Below, piece after piece: positions 6,315 to 11,424 of a stretch of 11,424 nt of DNA (the stretch's first letter is position 1; the number at the start of each line of letters is the position of its first letter). Origin of the DNA: Fibrobacteria bacterium. GTDB lineage: Bacteria > Fibrobacterota > Fibrobacteria > UBA11236. Made by a program: the position numbers and the translations under genes. Under the pieces are notes generated by a model. That model was not told the DNA's origin and searched no databases. It saw only the letters and a program-made list of their open reading frames with translations. The stretch is from NCBI GenBank assembly GCA_050486505.1, contig JBJHDK010000067.1, positions 1 through 11,424 on the forward strand, written 5' to 3'.

Positions 6315-7771
6315 CCCGCCAGCATTTTCTTCAGGAGTTCGTTGACCTGATCCGGTGCGGCCTTGCCCTGCGACGCCTTCATGACCTGACCCACGAAAAA
6401 GCCGAAGAGCTTTTCCTTTCCGGTACGATATTCGGCCACCTTGTCGGCATTCGCATCCATCACCTGGCGGATGAACCCCTCAACCGCCGAGGCATCGCTG
6501 ATGACGGAGAGGTTGCGTGACTTCACGATGTCCACGGGAGCGCCTTCCCCGGCGAGCAGGTGCTCGAAGACCTGCTTCGCGATCTTCCCGGAAATGGCGC
6601 CGGAACGGATGAGCTCGATCATTTCCCCCAGGTGCTCGGGCTTGAACTTCAGGTCCCCGACGGAGAGGTTGCCCTCCTTGAGAACCCTCAACACCTCCCC
6701 CATCACCCAGTTGGAGGCGGCCTTTTTGTCCTCCGTAACGGCGCAAACCTTTTCGTAAAACTCCGAAACAGCCTTCTCGCGCGTCAGCACGTCGGCGTCG
6801 TAGGCGGGCACTCCGTACTGGGACACGTAGCGGTTGCGGCGTGCCTCGGGCAGTTCGGGAAGCGTCGCGCGCACGCGCTCGATGTCTTCCGGCGTCACGC
6901 TCAGGCGCACGAGGTCGGGTTCGGGGAAATAGCGGTAGTCCTGTGCGTCTTCCTTGCTGCGATTGGTGATCGTGGTGCCCTTCGCGACGTCCCAGCGCTT
7001 GGTCTCCCGCTTGATGGTTCCTCCGGCGTCGAGGATCTCCGCCTGCATCTCGATCTCGGCTTCGAGGGCCTTCTCGAGATTGTGGAAGGAATTCATGTTC
7101 TTCAATTCGACGCGCTCGCCGAAGGGGGCATCCTCGCTTGCGCGCAGCGAGATGTTGGCGTCGCAGCGGAGGTTGCCGCGTTCCATGTTGGCATCGCAGA
7201 TTTCGAGGTATTCAAGGATTTGCTTGAGCTTCTCGAGGTAGAGGTAGGCCTCGCGCGGCGAACGCAGGTCGGGCTCCGAGACGATTTCGAGCAACGGCGT
7301 GCCGCAGCGGTTGGCGTCGAACAGTGAATCCGCCACGGTGAGGTCGTGGATGAGCTTGCCGGCATCCTCTTCCATGTGGATGCGGGTGAGCCCGATACGC
7401 TTGCGCGTGCCGTCGTCGAGATCGATGTCGAGGTGTCCACCGGTGCAGATCGGCTTGTCGTAAACCGGCGATCCGCCTTGCTGGGTAATCTGGTACCCTT
7501 TGGGCAAGTCCGGGTAGAAATAGTTCTTGCGGGTCCACATGGGCCGTGGTTCGATGTTCGTTCCGCATGCGAGCCCCAGCATCACGGCGGACTCGACCGC
7601 GCGGGCGTTCGGGACCGGGAGTGTTCCGGGAAAACCCAGGCAGACGGGGCACACCAAGGTGTTCGGCTCTGCGCCGAATTCGACGCGGCAGCCGCAAAAA
7701 AGCTTGGAACGGGTGGAGAGCTGGGCGTGGACTTCGAGGCCGATCACGATACTGTAAGACGATGCAGGCAT
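6311..7771 (-). CDS. gatB: Asp-tRNA(Asn)/Glu-tRNA(Gln) amidotransferase subunit B
   Basis: IGLEVHAQL, CPVCLGFPGTLP, RKNYFYPDLPKGYQITQ, HMEEDAGK, RCDANIS, DYRYFPEPDL, and a C-terminal YqeY-like GFFVGQVMK..GKA.P. Confidence 0.98.
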   Translation of the reverse strand: MPASSYSIVIGLEVHAQLSTRSKLFCGCRVEFGAEPNTLVCPVCLGFPGTLPVPNARAVESAVMLGLACGTNIEPRPMWTRKNYFYPDLPKGYQITQQGGSPVYDKPICTGGHLDIDLDDGTRKRIGLTRIHMEEDAGKLIHDLTVADSLFDANRCGTPLLEIVSEPDLRSPREAYLYLEKLKQILEYLEICDANMERGNLRCDANISLRASEDAPFGERVELKNMNSFHNLEKALEAEIEMQAEILDAGGTIKRETKRWDVAKGTTITNRSKEDAQDYRYFPEPDLVRLSVTPEDIERVRATLPELPEARRNRYVSQYGVPAYDADVLTREKAVSEFYEKVCAVTEDKKAASNWVMGEVLRVLKEGNLSVGDLKFKPEHLGEMIELIRSGAISGKIAKQVFEHLLAGEGAPVDIVKSRNLSVISDASAVEGFIRQVMDANADKVAEYRTGKEKLFGFFVGQVMKASQGKAAPDQVNELLKKMLAG

Positions 7772-7777
7772 GGGCGT

Positions 7778-7785
7778 GAAAGGTA
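7778..7785 (-). promoter_or_regulatory. TAnnTTT(G)-like promoter element 6 nt upstream of the gatB ATG
   Basis: Minus strand reads TACCTTTC-ACGCCC-ATG, with no SD. It resembles the Bacteroidota -7 element TAnnTTTG. Confidence 0.45.
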
Positions 7786-7902
7786 AGAAAGGAGGGGCAG
7801 CGTCGGAATCGAACGCGTGCGGGGGGCTTCCCGTCCGTGGTTAGCTTTACGTCTCGCTTGATGCAGTCCCCCTGTTCCTCATTCCCGGGTCCCCATTCTC
7901 CC

Positions 7903-9228
7903 ATGTCTCTCCGCTACTATCCTGTCGAACTTGATCTCCGTGGTCGGCCCGTCCTGATGGTCGGCGGAGGATCCGTCGCCTCCCGCAAGCTGCCCGAGTT
8001 GATCGCGTGCGGTGCGCAGGTCACCCTCGTCTCTCCCGAAATTTCAACGGGAGTTCGCAGGATCTTGCCGGGCCTGACATGGCATGCCCGGGTGTTCGAG
8101 GCTGGGGACGTCAAGGGACAGATGCTTGCCTTCGCCTGCACGAACGACCCTGCCGTCAACTCTGCTGTGTCCGGTGCGGCGAAGGTTGAAGGCATTCCCT
8201 GCAACCGGGCCGACGCCGCCTCCGAAGGCTCGTTCATCGTCCCCGGCGTCGTCCGTCGCGAAGGCGTCACCCTTTCGATTAGTACATCCGCGCAAGTCCC
8301 TGCATTAACACGACATCTGAAGCGCAAGCTGTCCAATCTTCTCGGTCCTGAATGGGGGGAACTCGCGGAGATTCTCGCGGCGGCGCGCAACCGGCTTCCC
8401 GCCCCCGATGCCATTCCCTTCGAGTTGCTGGCAGAAACCTTGCGCACCCAGGGGCCCGATGCCGCCCGCACGCTGCTCGAAAATCCGGACACTCCGGCGG
8501 CTTCCACGACGGTCCACCCCGTGCTGCTCGTCGGTGCGGGTCCCGGTTCCCCATCGCTGCTGACCGTGGGCGCGACCGAGGCGTTGCGCGATGCCGACGT
8601 CGTGCTTTACGACCGGCTGGCTTCGCAAGCGGTGCTCGAAGCCGTCTCCCCGACCTGTTTGCGCATCCCTGTCGAAAAGCGCGGACACGGCGATTCGATG
8701 CGGCAGGAGCACATCAACGAAGAGCTGATCCGGCAGGCGCGCACGGGGAAACGCGTGGTGCGCCTCAAGGGCGGCGATCCTTTCGTGTTCGGTCGCGGTT
8801 ATGAGGAGGCGCTGGCGCTGGAAGAGGCGGGCCTGCCCTGGCGCGTGCTGCCGGGCATCACGTCCTCCGTCGCCGTGCCGGCCCTGGCGGGCATCCCCCT
8901 CACCCACCGCGGCGTCGCCCGCTCCTTCGCGGTCGCCTCCGGTGTCGCGGGGCACGAGGTCAACACAGCGTTCCCCAAGGCGGACACGCTGGTGCTGTTG
9001 ATGGCCCTGTACCGCCTCGAAGAAATCGTGCCCCACCTGATCCGTGCAGGTTATGCCCCGGAGACTCCCGCCGCCGCAATCCAGCACGGCAGCCTGCCGG
9101 AGCAGCGCGTCGTGCGCGCGACCCTGGCGACGTTGCGTGACGAGGCTGCGCGCCACGGTTTCGAGTCCCCGACGTTGATCGTCGTGGGGGATGTGGTGGG
9201 GTTGGGGGATCACACCGCATCCGTGTAG
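7903..9228 (+). CDS. cysG: Multifunctional siroheme synthase (precorrin-2 dehydrogenase/sirohydrochlorin ferrochelatase plus uroporphyrinogen-III C-methyltransferase)
   Basis: N-terminal YPVELDLRGRPVLMVGGGSVASRK (NAD-binding). C-terminal LVGAGPG, ADVVLYDRL, VVRLKGGDPFVFGRG, GIPLTHR, TLIVVGDVV. ATG 7903 is the start that best fits the family N-terminus. Confidence 0.93.
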   Translation: MSLRYYPVELDLRGRPVLMVGGGSVASRKLPELIACGAQVTLVSPEISTGVRRILPGLTWHARVFEAGDVKGQMLAFACTNDPAVNSAVSGAAKVEGIPCNRADAASEGSFIVPGVVRREGVTLSISTSAQVPALTRHLKRKLSNLLGPEWGELAEILAAARNRLPAPDAIPFELLAETLRTQGPDAARTLLENPDTPAASTTVHPVLLVGAGPGSPSLLTVGATEALRDADVVLYDRLASQAVLEAVSPTCLRIPVEKRGHGDSMRQEHINEELIRQARTGKRVVRLKGGDPFVFGRGYEEALALEEAGLPWRVLPGITSSVAVPALAGIPLTHRGVARSFAVASGVAGHEVNTAFPKADTLVLLMALYRLEEIVPHLIRAGYAPETPAAAIQHGSLPEQRVVRATLATLRDEAARHGFESPTLIVVGDVVGLGDHTASV

Positions 9229-9252
9229 GGGCCCATGATCATTTGCCCCTAC
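9225..9252. repeat. GTAG-family REP-like palindrome, copy 1 (supplies the cysG TAG stop)
   Basis: GTAGGGGC-CC-ATGATCAT-TT-GCCCCTAC; 26/28 identical to the copy at 11387-11414. Confidence 0.85.
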
Positions 9253-9288
9253 GTCCCCACCACACCCCACACGACGCGCAGGCCCGGT

Positions 9289-9296
9289 TACATTTG
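9289..9296 (+). promoter_or_regulatory. TAnnTTTG promoter-like element 6 nt upstream of the metG ATG
   Basis: TACATTTG-ATCCCC-ATG, with no SD. Exact match to the Bacteroidota -7 consensus TAnnTTTG. Confidence 0.5.
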
Positions 9297-9302
9297 ATCC
9301 CC

Positions 9303-11375
9303 ATGTCCCGCAGCTTTTACGTTACCACGCCCATCTACTACGTCAACGACGTCCCCCATATCGGCCACGCCTACACCACGATCCTCGCGGACGTGCTGGT
9401 GCGCTACAAAAGGCTGTTCGGCCAGGAGACGTATTTCCTCACGGGCACGGACGAGCATGGACAGAAGGTGCAGCAGGCCGCGGCGAAGCGGGGCATCGAT
9501 CCGAACGACACCGATGCGCTGAGAGCGTATTGCGACGGCTACGCGCAACGCTTCAAGGACGCATGGAAGGAACTCGAAATCGGCAATGACTGGTTCATCC
9601 GCACCACGGATGCGAAGCACGTGGAGTTCGTGCGGGAACAGTTCCGGAAACTCGATGCGAAAGGCCTGATCTACACGCAGGAATACGCCGGATGGTACTC
9701 GACCACGGAGGAGCGCTTCTTCGGTGAGGACGAGCTGGTCGACGGCAAGGATCCCATCAGCGGCCGCGCCGTCGAGTGGATCACGGAGAAGAACTATTTC
9801 TTTAAAATGTCGGCGTTCAAGGAACGCCTCGTCAAGCACATCGAAGAGAACCCCGGGTTCATCACCCCCGAGTTCCGCAAGAACGAGGTGCTCGGGTTCT
9901 TGCGGCAGCCGCTGCAGGACCTGTGCATCAGCCGCCCCAAGTCGCGCCTCGCCTGGGGAGTGTCATTGCCCTTCGACGAGGACTATGTCTCCTACGTCTG
10001 GGTGGACGCGCTGCTGAACTACGTCACCGCCACCAAGCAGGGCAACCCGGGTGACGCGAACCCTCCCGAGTGGCCCGCCGACCTCCACCTCATCGGCAAG
10101 GACATCCTCACCACCCACGCGGTGTACTGGCCCACGATCCTGATGGCCCTCGACCTCCCGCTGCCGAAGCAAATCCTCGCGCACGGCTGGTGGATGGTCG
10201 ACAACGCACGCATGAGCAAGACCACGGGCAATGTCGTGAACCCCCTCGAAATGAAGGACAAATTCGGCGTCGATCCGTTCCGCTTCTTCCTCATCCGCGC
10301 GATGGTCGTCGGCCAGGATGCGTCCTTCACCGAAGACGGGTTTGTGGGGGTGATCAATTCGGATCTCGCGAACGATGTGGGGAACGGATTGAGTCGGGTT
10401 CTGAAGTTGGGGGAATCGGTGGGATCCACTCTGGAAACACCTTCACCGAACTCGATCACTTTGAAGGATGGCGGACTGGCAACACATGCCGGAGGAGTCA
10501 TCGACGGCGTCCGGACGACCACAGGCCAAATCAAACTCAGTGTTTCTGTGGACTCCGTGCTAACGCTGTTTCGTGAAATAAACGTTTACTTCGAAGCCAC
10601 CGCGCCGTGGAAACTCGCCAAGGGTTCGGACGAAGACAAGGAGCGCCTCAAGGTCGTCCTTTGGCACGCCGCGGAAGCCCTCCGTATCGGGTTCACGCTT
10701 CTCCACCCCGTCATGCCCGGCAAAATGAACGAAGCGCTCGCGGCTCTCGGATTCACCTTCGAGGAAAGCAAACAGTCGCTGGAATGGCGCACGTCCGGCG
10801 GGTTCAAGCTGAAGCCGATCTCTCCCCTCTTTCCGCGGATTGACACGAAGGAAACGAAGAAAGCCCAAGCGCAGGGCGGCCCGGAATCCGGCGCCCCCAC
10901 TGATCCTTTTTCCCTGCTTGATCTCCGCGTCGCCAAAATCCTCACGGTCGCGGACCATCCCGATGCCGAAGCGCTGTATGTCCTCAAGGTGAACGCGGGC
11001 GAGACCGAGCCTCGCACCGTCTGCGCCGGACTCCGGAAACACCTGACGCAGGAAGAACTGACCGGAAAGACAGCCGTGCTCGTGGCTAACCTGAAGCCGG
11101 CGAAACTGCGCGGCATCGAAAGCCACGGAATGTTGCTGGCCGCGGATGGTGAGGGCGGAAAATTGTCCCTCGCGAATTCCGGTGAGGCGTTGCCCGGCGA
11201 TCCCGTGACAGCCGAGGGAGTTGTCTCCGCGCCCAAGGCAAAGATCACCGTCAAGGATTTCGACAAGGTCTCGCTAACGGTAAAGGGCGGGATCGTAACC
11301 TATGGGGGCAAGGCGCTCTCCACCCCGCGCGGCCCTGTGACGGCAGATGCCCCGGACGGGGCGACGGTTCGATAA
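9303..11375 (+). CDS. metG: Methionine--tRNA ligase with C-terminal OB-fold tRNA-binding domain
   Basis: FYVTTPIYYVNDVPHIGHAY (HIGH), GTDEHGQK, YVWVDAL, IGKDI, RMSKT (KMSKS variant), APWKLAK anticodon-binding Trp, and C-terminal LDLRVAKI...ANLKPAKLRGIESHGMLLAA. The likely start is ATG 9303, not TTG 9243. Confidence 0.98.
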   Translation: MSRSFYVTTPIYYVNDVPHIGHAYTTILADVLVRYKRLFGQETYFLTGTDEHGQKVQQAAAKRGIDPNDTDALRAYCDGYAQRFKDAWKELEIGNDWFIRTTDAKHVEFVREQFRKLDAKGLIYTQEYAGWYSTTEERFFGEDELVDGKDPISGRAVEWITEKNYFFKMSAFKERLVKHIEENPGFITPEFRKNEVLGFLRQPLQDLCISRPKSRLAWGVSLPFDEDYVSYVWVDALLNYVTATKQGNPGDANPPEWPADLHLIGKDILTTHAVYWPTILMALDLPLPKQILAHGWWMVDNARMSKTTGNVVNPLEMKDKFGVDPFRFFLIRAMVVGQDASFTEDGFVGVINSDLANDVGNGLSRVLKLGESVGSTLETPSPNSITLKDGGLATHAGGVIDGVRTTTGQIKLSVSVDSVLTLFREINVYFEATAPWKLAKGSDEDKERLKVVLWHAAEALRIGFTLLHPVMPGKMNEALAALGFTFEESKQSLEWRTSGGFKLKPISPLFPRIDTKETKKAQAQGGPESGAPTDPFSLLDLRVAKILTVADHPDAEALYVLKVNAGETEPRTVCAGLRKHLTQEELTGKTAVLVANLKPAKLRGIESHGMLLAADGEGGKLSLANSGEALPGDPVTAEGVVSAPKAKITVKDFDKVSLTVKGGIVTYGGKALSTPRGPVTADAPDGATVR

Positions 11376-11385
11376 CCCGATTCCA

Positions 11386-11415
11386 TGTAGGGGCAAATGA
11401 TCATTTGCCCCTACA
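11386..11415. repeat. GTAG-family REP-like palindrome, copy 2 (perfect 30-bp palindrome)
   Basis: TGTAGGGGCAAATGATCATTTGCCCCTACA is its own reverse complement and begins 11 bp after the end of the metG stop. Confidence 0.9.
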
Positions 11416-11424
11416 CCGTCGCCC

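Noticed and set aside
7791..7830. GTTCGATTCC on the minus strand resembling a tRNA T-loop
   Set aside because: The flanks do not form a T-stem, and there is no acceptor stem, anticodon arm or CCA.
9243..9302. ORF-track N-terminal extension of metG (likewise 7837-7902 for cysG and 2361-2459 for the RHH gene)
   Set aside because: The extensions run through REP or promoter-like sequence, and family similarity begins at the downstream ATG.

Overview
GC-rich bacterial chromosomal window, probably from the FCB superphylum and possibly Fibrobacterota (inferred from a T9SS-like C-terminal tail and TAnnTTT promoter-like motifs). In order it holds: a 5'-truncated secreted GH30 glycoside hydrolase; a ~650-bp non-coding region packed with hairpins; a small ribbon-helix-helix (RHH) gene; a PHP-family metallohydrolase, lipoprotein and GT2 glycosyltransferase cluster; gatB with a coupled small membrane protein (minus strand); cysG; and metG, which is flanked by two GTAG-type REP palindromes. 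The most striking signal is non-coding. A XerCD dif-like site (1989-2016) is followed by an inverted copy of its XerD side, so the two fold into a 23-bp hairpin reminiscent of the ssDNA attP of CTXphi-type elements. Beside it lie a ~200-nt self-complementary element and the RHH gene with an operator-like palindrome. Other points: the PHP gene seems to start at a non-canonical ATC, gatB and metG look leaderless, and MetRS has a cysteine-free knuckle. All calls come from reading the sequence; no searches were run.
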